Source of the DNA: Treponemataceae bacterium
GTDB lineage: Bacteria > Spirochaetota > Spirochaetia > Treponematales > Treponemataceae
Assembly: GCA_024402435.1 (NCBI GenBank)
Contig: JAKSTU010000007.1
Location: 2,819-66,818, forward strand
Direction of reading: 5' to 3'
DNA length: 64,000 nucleotides
In this document: one piece after another, positions 44,341 to 52,673 of the stretch
Layout: the number at the start of each line of letters is the position of its first letter
How positions within the stretch are numbered: the stretch's first letter is position 1
Program-made: the position numbers and the translations under genes
The notes under the pieces: generated by a model
Told to the model about the DNA's origin: nothing
Database searches by the model: none
The model's input: only the letters and a program-made list of their open reading frames with translations

Positions 44341-44742
44341 GTGTATTCGGCTGCAAGTTTCATGGGAGTTTCTTCATATAGTAGTGCTGTTTCAGGCGGC
44401 GTAGGTTCCGGCAAGGTTTTTGTACCAGTTCAGCCGGGCATGGTGATGTATTCCCATTTTGAACACGTTTCCGGTGTAGCAGCCGGTGCGGAACAGAAGG
44501 GAGTTGCCGTAAGCAAAGTCCAGATTCTTAACCGCATGATCGATCACCTTGTCTCCATGAAGCAGAAACCGGAGCTGACAAAAGAACAGGTTGCCGGTTT
44601 GTCCGACCAGCAGAAAGATTCCCTCATACAGGAATATCAGGCAAAAATAGAACAGGCTGTGGCCCAGACACAGTCCAATCCTTATGCTCTGAGCGGTGCA
44701 CCTCTTCCTGTAAACGGAGATCTGGTAAACATTGCAGCCTGA
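44341..44742 (+). CDS. hypothetical protein (133 aa, no recognisable domain)
   Basis: GGAGG-N6-GTG start at 44341. Coding-like composition, no TM segment or signal peptide. Confidence 0.5.
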   Translation: MYSAASFMGVSSYSSAVSGGVGSGKVFVPVQPGMVMYSHFEHVSGVAAGAEQKGVAVSKVQILNRMIDHLVSMKQKPELTKEQVAGLSDQQKDSLIQEYQAKIEQAVAQTQSNPYALSGAPLPVNGDLVNIAA

Positions 44743-44758
44743 CCTGAATGTAAAAATA

Positions 44759-45619
44759 TCAGATTTGTCGTGTTTTCCAGCCATGACGGGTCAGATAATG
44801 GATTTCTTTATAGCCGGCTTCTCTTGCACAGGCTTCAGCTTTGTCAAAAGCCCATGTCAGATGTTCAGTCGAGTGTGCATCTGAATCAATCACCACAGGC
44901 ACATCATACTTTTTCAGCAGCCTCAGCATTTCCGCAGAAGGATAAGGGGATTCAAGTCCCACACGTGCCATTCCGCCGGTGTTTATTTCCACAGCGATAC
45001 CGCTTTTGTGCGCGGCTTCTGCTGTTGCTTCAAGCTCTTTTTTGTACCAGCCGTCGTTTTCATCAAAAAAGCGGATTTTTCCGTTGTTTTTGCGCACAAG
45101 ATCAATATGCCCCACAATGTCAAAGCCGCCGTTTGCCATCATTTGTCTTTCAGCATCAAAATATTTCTGTACAACTTTTTTCCCGTCACCGCCGAAAAGC
45201 GTGTCTATTCCCTGCTGAAGAGTGTCTGCACCTGCATCCACTGCAAGCCAGTTGTGAACAGGCCGGCTTTCATCACACACGTAATGCACTGAACCGATCA
45301 GATAATCCGGGGCAAAGCGGGCGTAGCGTTTTTTGTCCGGGGCTGAGACAGGCGGCAGCCAGTCAACTTCAAAGCCGAGCAGAATCTCAATCTTGTCCTT
45401 GAATTCTTCCTGAAGACTCCGGATTTCTGACACATAAGCAGGATAATCACAGGGATGAATCTGGGATTCATCGCAGAAGGGCCAGCCGGCATGACTTGAA
45501 AAGCCCAGATGAGTCATTCCCGCTTCAATTGCAGCTTCAACCATTTCGCGCGGCGTATTGTTTCCGTCGCAGAAAACGCAATGTGTATGATAATTTGTAA
45601 GAAGTTTCATTTCTTCCAT
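44759..45619 (-). CDS. PHP-family histidinol-phosphatase-like phosphoesterase (HisJ/HisK type)
   Basis: N-terminal metal-binding motif TNYHTHCVFCDG, plus later GFSSH, GSVHY, GHIDL and DSDAH motifs. Confidence 0.8.
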   Translation of the reverse strand: MEEMKLLTNYHTHCVFCDGNNTPREMVEAAIEAGMTHLGFSSHAGWPFCDESQIHPCDYPAYVSEIRSLQEEFKDKIEILLGFEVDWLPPVSAPDKKRYARFAPDYLIGSVHYVCDESRPVHNWLAVDAGADTLQQGIDTLFGGDGKKVVQKYFDAERQMMANGGFDIVGHIDLVRKNNGKIRFFDENDGWYKKELEATAEAAHKSGIAVEINTGGMARVGLESPYPSAEMLRLLKKYDVPVVIDSDAHSTEHLTWAFDKAEACAREAGYKEIHYLTRHGWKTRQI

Positions 45620-47688
45620 GTTTCCCTCTGTTCGTTGGCAAGAAATTCAAACCGTGAGAATTCTGCGGAAAACTCGTTCAGATGTTTGACAGTTTCTTCC
45701 GGCAGTGAAGCTTTTGCAGCTGCTTTCATGGCTTTTCCAGCTTCTGACAGAGTGTGCGCAGAAAGTGCTGCGGAACTGCCTTTCAAAGTGTGGCCGATTT
45801 TTGCCATTTCGTCAAAATTGTGGCTGTAAACTGCTTCTTTTGCCTTGATAAGCAGAGTTCTTGTCCTGTCGATGAACTGGTCCGTAAGTTGGACTGCAAG
45901 ATCTTTGTCACCGCTTACAGTATCAAGAAAATCATCTTTGTCCCAAACCTGAATGATTTTGTTTTCTGCCTGATCCACGTTTTCTTCAGCGGGCAGTTCT
46001 TCCAGTTCAAGAATTTCTTCCGGATCTTCATTTTCCGCTGCTGATTTTTCTGCTTCCGCCGGTTGAACTGTCGGGCTCCATTTGTCAAGCAATGCTTTCA
46101 AGTTTGTCTTTTTGAACGGTTTTACAAGAATGTCATCCATCCCGCTTTTTCTGTACAGCTGAAAATCTGACTCATCTGAGTTTGCTGTACAAGCAATGAT
46201 TATTCCGTCGTAACCGGCTGCACGAAGTTCTTCCGTTGCCTCAACACCGTTCATTTCAGGCATCTGTATGTCCATGAAAATCAGACGGATTTCGGGATGT
46301 TCTCTGACGGCCTGCACAGCTTCTGCACCGTTATTTGCAGTGAATACCGTGGTAACAAAAGTGTTGAGAAAAGTTTTCACCAGTTTCTGGTTTATGGGAT
46401 GATCCTCTGCTGCAAGAACTCCGAAAGTGTATTTTTCCGGCTCAGAAGCAGTTTTAGCCTCTTTTGCTGCATTTACCGACAAAACTTCTTTTGCCTTCTG
46501 TGCTGCAATATCTTCGCCTTTTGCAACTTCCAGATCCAGAGCATCCTTGCATCCGTCATTTATCGTATCAACAAGAAGATGCCGTTTGATCGGTTTGTAC
46601 AGATATCCGTTGAACCAGTCCAACATCCTCATTTTTGCTTCGCTTCCCATCTGACCTTCCGGAACCATCATGTAAAGCCGAGTACCGTTTATGTTGCGGT
46701 CAGCATTGATTTCTGATGAAAGGCGCCATCCGTCCATAACAGGCATTATCATGTCAATGAGTGCAAGGGTATAAGGCGATTTGTCCCGGGCCGCGGCTCG
46801 CAATTTTTCCAAAGCTTCTGTTCCGTTTGAAACTGTGTCCACATTTTTTGCACCAAGAGCCGTAAGTTTTGCCAGAAGGCTTTTCCGGGCAAGGGGCTGG
46901 TCGTCAACAATCAGAATGCGTGCCGTTTCGGGAATGTCAAGTTTTGCAATGGCTGTATGTGCTTCAGACGTATCGGAACAGATTTCAAGGGGAATTTCCA
47001 CCCAAAAGATTGAACCGCCTTCAGGATTGTCTTTTATGCCGATCTGACCGTTCATCAGAGCGGTGATTGTTTTGCAGATTGAAAGTCCCAGACCTGTTCC
47101 GCCGAATTTTCGTGTTGTAGATTCATCAGCCTGAACAAAATCCTTGAAAATCAGCTGTTTCTTGTCGTCCGGAACACCGATTCCCGAGTCGATTACTTCA
47201 TAACGGAGTTTTTCAGGTTCTCCGTTTTCTGCATCAACTTTTGAAAGCCGCACGCAGACGTAACCTTTTGATGTGAATTTGACTGCATTTTTTGTAAGAT
47301 TAAGAAGCACCTGCTGAAGACGGGTTGGATCACCGTAAACTGACTGGGGAAGGGAATAGTCAATGTCCGTAACGATTTCAAGGCCTCTGTTGTGGGCTTC
47401 AATGCTGATAAGATCAACTGTAGATTCAATGACTTCTGCAGGATTGACCGCAATGCGTTCTACTTTGAATTTTCCTGAACGGAGTTTTGAAAAGTCCAGC
47501 AGATCGTTGACCAGAGAAAGAAGAATGTCTGCACTGAATTTGGTCTGACGGACGTATTCTGTCTGCTCCTGATCAAGGTGAGTTTCTTCCATCAGTTCAA
47601 GTGTTCCGATGATTGTCTGAATAGGCGTACGGAGTTCATGAACTGCATTTGCAAAAAACGGACTTGAAAGCGCTGTATCATCTGCCAT
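45607..47688 (-). CDS. cytoplasmic hybrid histidine kinase: HisKA-HATPase-REC-REC-Hpt, with no sensor or TM domain
   Basis: H-box VHELRTPIQTI 15 aa from the N-terminus. NLTKNAVKFT and GGTGLGLSI. Two receivers (ILIVDDQP...ALIDMIMP; LAAEDHPINQ...IFMDIQMPEMNG). C-terminal Hpt HTLKGSSAAL. Confidence 0.9.
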   Translation of the reverse strand: MADDTALSSPFFANAVHELRTPIQTIIGTLELMEETHLDQEQTEYVRQTKFSADILLSLVNDLLDFSKLRSGKFKVERIAVNPAEVIESTVDLISIEAHNRGLEIVTDIDYSLPQSVYGDPTRLQQVLLNLTKNAVKFTSKGYVCVRLSKVDAENGEPEKLRYEVIDSGIGVPDDKKQLIFKDFVQADESTTRKFGGTGLGLSICKTITALMNGQIGIKDNPEGGSIFWVEIPLEICSDTSEAHTAIAKLDIPETARILIVDDQPLARKSLLAKLTALGAKNVDTVSNGTEALEKLRAAARDKSPYTLALIDMIMPVMDGWRLSSEINADRNINGTRLYMMVPEGQMGSEAKMRMLDWFNGYLYKPIKRHLLVDTINDGCKDALDLEVAKGEDIAAQKAKEVLSVNAAKEAKTASEPEKYTFGVLAAEDHPINQKLVKTFLNTFVTTVFTANNGAEAVQAVREHPEIRLIFMDIQMPEMNGVEATEELRAAGYDGIIIACTANSDESDFQLYRKSGMDDILVKPFKKTNLKALLDKWSPTVQPAEAEKSAAENEDPEEILELEELPAEENVDQAENKIIQVWDKDDFLDTVSGDKDLAVQLTDQFIDRTRTLLIKAKEAVYSHNFDEMAKIGHTLKGSSAALSAHTLSEAGKAMKAAAKASLPEETVKHLNEFSAEFSRFEFLANEQRETWKK

Positions 47689-47697
47689 TGCGCACCT

Positions 47698-48948
47698 CTA
47701 TTGAATGATTACTTCTATTGCCTTCTGTACTACTGCTTCGGGTTTGATGGGTTTTACAAGATAACTTTTTGCGCCAAGACTGAGGGCACGCATTACAGCT
47801 TCTCTCTGACTGGCACTTGAATAAACAATGATAGGTGTCTGGAACTGCTTGCGGCGCAGCTGCATAAGAATGTCAAAACCTGAAACGCCGGGCATGAAAA
47901 CATCCATAATGACAACATCAAAATGCCGGGAATTGGTGGCGGCAAGAAACTCTGCACCTGATTCAAAAAGTACTGTCTGTGCATTACGGGCGGCAAATGC
48001 CTTTTGAAGCAGCATGCGCACAACCATGTCGCTGTCAACAATTGCAGCAGTGATTCCTGAACTGGAATCCTCTGCGTCAGAGTTGCCGCCGCTTTCGGAC
48101 ATGAACTGCATCTGTACTGAACCTTCGCTGGAGTCTTCCGTAGCGGAAAGAATCCTGTCAGAAATTGTGTCAGAAACGTCACTGCCCAGCGGATTTGCGC
48201 CTACAAGAGATGTAAGAACACTGGAAAGATTTTCTACAACCTCAATTCCCTGATATTCGCCGTGTCCCTGAACCAGATCTTTGAGAAAACCGCTCATGGA
48301 AAGAACTTTGACATTTCTCCGCATTATATGAGAATTTGAAATTATGCTGTCCAAAAGAAATTCCAGATTTGCTCCGTCAACAAAAGTCAGTTCCAGATTC
48401 GTAAGCATAAGCACGATTTTGGGAGAAGTGATCTTGTTGCCTTCAATCATTTCTGTAATCTTGTATTTGAGCAGCGTCATTTTTTCGCGGTTGAGGCCCT
48501 GTGCCACTTCGATGAAAATGATGTTGTTGTTGAGATGCATTTCAAGAATGCAGGGCGTCGTATCGATTGTAAAAGCCGTATGAAGCAGGCGGCCCAAAGA
48601 TTCAAAGAAAACATCGAATTTTACAGGTTTGTTGAAATATTTTACAACATGATACTGAGGAAGTGTTTTTTTGATTTCGTTGTCCAGATTTGTTGCTGCA
48701 AAGAAAACCGGAGTTTTTGAAACGTTGGGATTTGCCTTCTTCTGTTCCAGGAACTCAAGAACAGCATCCAAATCGTTGTCTGCATCAATGAAAATAACAT
48801 CTGGAATCATTGATACCATTTTTGTGTAAGCGCCGCGTGCAATTGTTGCAACTTCAACCTGAATATTTTCCGCGGTCATTTTGTCTTTGAAAAACTCGCG
48901 GAATAAAGGTGGGGCATCGACAATCAGGACTTGCTTCATAACGTACAT
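47698..48948 (-). CDS. REC - STAS-like - REC protein (response regulator with a putative partner-switching module)
   Basis: N-terminal receiver (VLIVDAPP...VIFIDADND). The middle block ILEMHLNNNIIFIEVAQGL...VLMLTNLELTFVDGANLEFLLD...VKVLSMSGFLKDL resembles SpoIIAA/STAS. C-terminal receiver (AAIVDSDMV...VIMDVFMPGVSG...K at LVKPI). Confidence 0.7.
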   Translation of the reverse strand: MYVMKQVLIVDAPPLFREFFKDKMTAENIQVEVATIARGAYTKMVSMIPDVIFIDADNDLDAVLEFLEQKKANPNVSKTPVFFAATNLDNEIKKTLPQYHVVKYFNKPVKFDVFFESLGRLLHTAFTIDTTPCILEMHLNNNIIFIEVAQGLNREKMTLLKYKITEMIEGNKITSPKIVLMLTNLELTFVDGANLEFLLDSIISNSHIMRRNVKVLSMSGFLKDLVQGHGEYQGIEVVENLSSVLTSLVGANPLGSDVSDTISDRILSATEDSSEGSVQMQFMSESGGNSDAEDSSSGITAAIVDSDMVVRMLLQKAFAARNAQTVLFESGAEFLAATNSRHFDVVIMDVFMPGVSGFDILMQLRRKQFQTPIIVYSSASQREAVMRALSLGAKSYLVKPIKPEAVVQKAIEVIIQ

Positions 48949-49039
48949 GGTAGCTTATAACATGTAAACTTACAAGCACGGAGAAAATTCAGTAATTTTG
49001 TGTGAATAATCAGGAAAATTTTATGGGATTTTCATTCTT

Positions 49040-49711
49040 TTATGAAAGTAGGCTTTTCAAAGGCGAAACAGCGTCATCAAGTTTCTGCAGCCGCCAGGTA
49101 ACCTTTTCAAGAATTTCTGCAGGCGGTTCAATAAGGTCTTTGATGAAGACATTGCGCATTCCCGCTGCCTGTGCTGCCATAAGTCCGGCCACAGAATCTT
49201 CGAATACAATGCATTTTTCAGGGGCCATGTCCAGCTGACGGGCTGCAAGAAGAAAAATGTCCGGAAGCGGTTTGCTGTGTTCAACCTGTTCCCCGAAAGC
49301 CCACGCGTCAAAATAGTTGGTAAGTTTGCTCCGCTCAATCATGTTTCGCGCATGGGATTCTCCGTTGCTGGTTGCCAATGCCATGGGAATCCGGTTTTCC
49401 CTGAGAAAATCAAAGAGCGGACGAATCCCCGGTTTTTCCGGCGGCCCGAAAGTTCCGAAGTATTTAAGCATCCGTTTGCGGATTTCTGCATAAAGAGTCT
49501 GAATAGGAAATCCGTCTCCCAAGTTTGTGCGGAGAATTTCTTTTACATCGGTTTCGTTGTGTCCGATGCAGGATGCGTAAAGTTCGTCTGTAACCGTATA
49601 ACCGATTTCCTGTGCGTATTCCTGCCAGAGACGGCGGCAAAGAGTTTCCGTATCGTATAAAAGGCCGTCCATGTCAAAAATGCAGGCAAAAGGTGGATTG
49701 CTGGGATTCAT
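49040..49711 (-). CDS. HAD-superfamily hydrolase (beta-phosphoglucomutase-like subfamily IA)
   Basis: Motif I CIFDMDGLLYDTE, motif II LATSN and motif IV VFEDSVAG. Confidence 0.88.
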   Translation of the reverse strand: MNPSNPPFACIFDMDGLLYDTETLCRRLWQEYAQEIGYTVTDELYASCIGHNETDVKEILRTNLGDGFPIQTLYAEIRKRMLKYFGTFGPPEKPGIRPLFDFLRENRIPMALATSNGESHARNMIERSKLTNYFDAWAFGEQVEHSKPLPDIFLLAARQLDMAPEKCIVFEDSVAGLMAAQAAGMRNVFIKDLIEPPAEILEKVTWRLQKLDDAVSPLKSLLS

Positions 49712-49763
49712 GGCTTGAGTTTATCCCAGATGGAAAGAAAGAACAATCAAAGAATAATCAAAA

Positions 49764-49910
49764 GTGAGTCAAAAAATGAGGAAATGTGACCCAAAAGACC
49801 TGACTGAATCAGAATGTGTGTCAAAAGGAAACAGTTTAGGAAGAAAAGAAAACAGGTCGTGTCAAAATAACTCGTTTATCAGTCATAAAAATAATAATGA
49901 ACGGTCAAAA
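49764..49910 (+). promoter_or_regulatory. array of (GTG)nGTCAAAA repeats in helical phase, upstream of the sigma-70 family gene
   Basis: GTCAAAA at 49768, 49820, 49861 and 49904. Variants GACCCAAAA at 49788 and GTCATAAAA at 49882. Spacings about 20-22, 32 and 41-43 nt. Confidence 0.55.
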
Positions 49911-50122
49911 AGTAAAGAAAAAGTTTTCACAATTTAAAAGAAATGTAAAAAAAATCTGATTGCAATGTATCGGGATTTGTAAATCAATATAATACAATGT
50001 TTTATAAAATGATAAAATAAACTGAAAAAAAAATATTGCTGCAGATGAAAAAGTTGGCACGGTATTTGCAATGTAGAAAGTGTAAATCATTTGGTTGCAG
50101 TTGCAACGACGGAGGCTACAAA

Positions 50123-50962
50123 ATGAAAAATGACGATGCAGTTCTGGCAATGTACCTTAAAGACATCAATCGTGTTCCTCTTCTTTCCCGTGAAGAAGAA
50201 ACTGAACTTGCCATGCGTGCCAAAAATGGTGACAAGGCAGCAAAAGACAGAATCGTTGCTTCAAACCTGCGTTTTGTAGTCAATGTTGCAAAAAAATACC
50301 AGAATCGGGGTTTGGATCTTTCTGACCTGATCAGCGAAGGAAATATCGGGCTTCTTACAGCCATTGACCGCTTTGATGTGGAAAAAGGTTATCACTTCAT
50401 TTCTTATGCTGTATGGTGGATTCGCCAGAGCATTCTCAAAGCAATCTGCGAAAAATCCCGTGCAATCCGCCTGCCTTTGAACCGCGCAAACGAACTGGTT
50501 CAGATTGAAAAAGCACGCAAGGGAATCAGCGGACACAAAACTGAAGAACAGGAAATCCGTGCTATTGCAGAATCTTTGGATATGGATGCTTCCCATGTGC
50601 GTGACCTGCTGCGCATTTCCAAAGAAATGGTTTCAATTGATGCGGCTGTACGTCCCGGAGAAGAAGACAGCGCTACAATGGGCGAATTCCTGGAAGATGA
50701 CAAAAACTGCAATCCTGAAGAAGCCGCAATCACTCAGAATATGGTGGAAGATATTGATACAGTGCTTGAAACACTGACCAGCAAAGAAGCAGAAGTTCTC
50801 CGCTACCGTTTCGGACTTGACGGAAAAGAAGCCATGTCTCTCAAGGAAGTCGGTGACGTATTCTGCCTTACAAAAGAAAGAATCCGCCAGATTGAGAAAA
50901 AGGCCATCAAAAGACTTCAGCAGCCCAGCCGCGCCCGCCGTCTTGAGGCTTACGTAGCATAA
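50123..50962 (+). CDS. sigma-70 family RNA polymerase sigma factor, short RpoD/RpoS-like form (regions 1.2-4.2, no region 1.1)
   Basis: GGAGG-N7-ATG at 50123. YLKDINRVPLLSREEE (1.2), NLRFVVNVAKKY, FISYAVWWIRQSI (2.4) and LKEVGDVFCLTKERIRQIEKKAIKRL (4.2). Confidence 0.9.
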   Translation: MKNDDAVLAMYLKDINRVPLLSREEETELAMRAKNGDKAAKDRIVASNLRFVVNVAKKYQNRGLDLSDLISEGNIGLLTAIDRFDVEKGYHFISYAVWWIRQSILKAICEKSRAIRLPLNRANELVQIEKARKGISGHKTEEQEIRAIAESLDMDASHVRDLLRISKEMVSIDAAVRPGEEDSATMGEFLEDDKNCNPEEAAITQNMVEDIDTVLETLTSKEAEVLRYRFGLDGKEAMSLKEVGDVFCLTKERIRQIEKKAIKRLQQPSRARRLEAYVA

Positions 50963-51032
50963 ACCATACATTGCAAAAGGACCCGCTAATGGATATAATC
51001 GATTTACTTTAGTTTTTTTTCAGAGGTAAATC

Positions 51033-52364
51033 ATGGTTATTCTGACTTTGAACTGCGGAAGTTCTTCTGCAAAATATCAGGTATATGACTGGGACAACAA
51101 AGATGTTCTGGCTTCAGGCGTTGTAGAGCGCGTTACACAGCCTGGTTCTGTCATTACCCACAAAGCAAAAGGCAAGGACAAGTTTGTAAAAGAGAGTCCT
51201 TGTCCTACACACAAAGAAGCAATCGAACTGATTATTGAGTCCATTACAGATCCCGAAGTCGGTGTTATTTCCGACATGAGCGTTATCGGTGCAGTCGGTC
51301 ATCGTGTTCTGCATGGTGGAGACAAATTCACAAAATCTGTGCTGATTACTCCCGAAGTTCTGGACACATTCCGTTCTGTAATCGATCTTGGACCTCTTCA
51401 CATGCCTGCAAACATCATGGGTATTGAAGCTGCTCAGAAAGTTCTTCCCAATGTTCCCCACGCAGCTGTTATGGACACAGCATGGCACCAGACAATGCCC
51501 GCAACATCCTTCATGTATGCAATTCCTCATGAATGGTATGAAAAATTCGGTGCACGCCGTTATGGTTTCCACGGAACTTCTTTCCTCTATACTGCAAAAC
51601 GTGCTTCCGTTCTTCTGCACAAAGAACCCAAAGATACAAACATCATCATTGCACATATCGGAAACGGTGCTTCAATGTGTGCTGTAAAAGACGGAAAATG
51701 TTTCGATACTTCTATGGGAATTACACCTCTTGAAGGTCTGGTAATGGGTTCCCGTTCTGGTGACATGGACTGCGCTCTGCCTTTCTATATCATGCGCAAA
51801 ACCGGTATGACAGCTGATGAGATGGATACAGCTCTCAACAAGAAATCAGGTCTTCTGGGTATTACAGGTCAGTACACAGACCGCCGCGATGTTCAGAAAG
51901 CTGCAAAAGAAGGCGATGAAAAATCTCAGCTTGCAATTGATATGGAATGCTACCGCCTGAAAAAATACTTCGGTGCTTACATGGCTGCAATCGGTGGTGC
52001 TGAAGCAATCGTATTTACAGCAGGTGTTGGTGAACACGCTCCTCATATCCGCGCAAAATGTCTGGAAGGACTTGAATATCTTGGAATCAAACTGGATCCC
52101 AAGAAAAATCTGCTTGCAAACTCAAGCAATGCAGAAACATGCATCAGTGCTGATGATTCAAAAGTAAAGATTTTTGTTATTCCTACTGATGAAGAATTGG
52201 TAATGACTGAAGATGCATACGCTCTGATGAAGGGCACATACGATGTTCATACAAACTTCACATATTCTTTCCAGAGTCCCGATTACGTGAACAAAGCACG
52301 TGCTGCAGGGCTCAAGAAAGAACTGGAAGAAACACCTGAACTGGCAACAATTCTGGCTAAATAA
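51033..52364 (+). CDS. ackA: acetate kinase
   Basis: N-terminus [38 protein letters not shown] and PTDEELV motifs. Confidence 0.95.
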   Translation: MVILTLNCGSSSAKYQVYDWDNKDVLASGVVERVTQPGSVITHKAKGKDKFVKESPCPTHKEAIELIIESITDPEVGVISDMSVIGAVGHRVLHGGDKFTKSVLITPEVLDTFRSVIDLGPLHMPANIMGIEAAQKVLPNVPHAAVMDTAWHQTMPATSFMYAIPHEWYEKFGARRYGFHGTSFLYTAKRASVLLHKEPKDTNIIIAHIGNGASMCAVKDGKCFDTSMGITPLEGLVMGSRSGDMDCALPFYIMRKTGMTADEMDTALNKKSGLLGITGQYTDRRDVQKAAKEGDEKSQLAIDMECYRLKKYFGAYMAAIGGAEAIVFTAGVGEHAPHIRAKCLEGLEYLGIKLDPKKNLLANSSNAETCISADDSKVKIFVIPTDEELVMTEDAYALMKGTYDVHTNFTYSFQSPDYVNKARAAGLKKELEETPELATILAK

Positions 52365-52373
52365 TTAAGTTTG

Positions 52374-52495
52374 TGTGATGAACCTTTTCCGCGCTGACTG
52401 CGTTACCATCGCGATTTCGGTACTCAACGTCCGGAAAGGACGCCTCCGTTCTCAATCGCGATGTCGCCTTGTCATCACGAAAAATCTTCATCACA
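52374..52495 (+). other. three-tier nested hairpin element (about 120 nt) in the ackA 3' region
   Basis: Outer stem TGTGATGAA (52374-52382) with TTCATCACA (52487-52495). Middle stem CATCGCGATT (52407-52416) with AATCGCGATG (52454-52463). Inner stem CGTCC-GGAAA-GGACG (52428-52442). The 20-nt box TTTTCCGCGCTGACTGCGTT (52385) recurs at 52515 (19/20). Confidence 0.6.
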
Positions 52496-52593
52496 GCAGG
52501 TTTGCAAAAAAATTTTTTCCGCGCTGATTGCGTTGGTGCCGTGATTCAGATCTGGACAGTGGTTTGTTATTGCGGTTCAGGTGTATAATAAAA

Positions 52594-52626
52594 GCCGACA
52601 ACATATTTGTTGCCGGCTTTTTTTTT
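52594..52626 (+). terminator. rho-independent terminator about 230 nt after the ackA stop
   Basis: GCCGACAAC-ATATTT-GTTGCCGGC followed by T9. Confidence 0.8.
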
Positions 52627-52673
52627 GCGGAACTTTAGGTTTTGGCGCGGAGACTGAGGAAAAGGATTGTTTT

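Noticed and set aside
49712-50122. AT-rich, repeat-containing region considered as a replication origin (one TTATCCCAG resembles a DnaA box).
   Set aside because: There is only a single imperfect box. No dnaA, dnaN or gyrB is nearby. The repeats do not match the DnaA consensus. A promoter or regulatory array is more parsimonious.
52581-52673. Upstream 31-codon extension of the PfkB kinase ORF.
   Set aside because: It runs straight through the intrinsic terminator hairpin and T-run (52594-52626). A GTG at 52674 gives the family-typical N-terminus (KNKLCIYGIG...).
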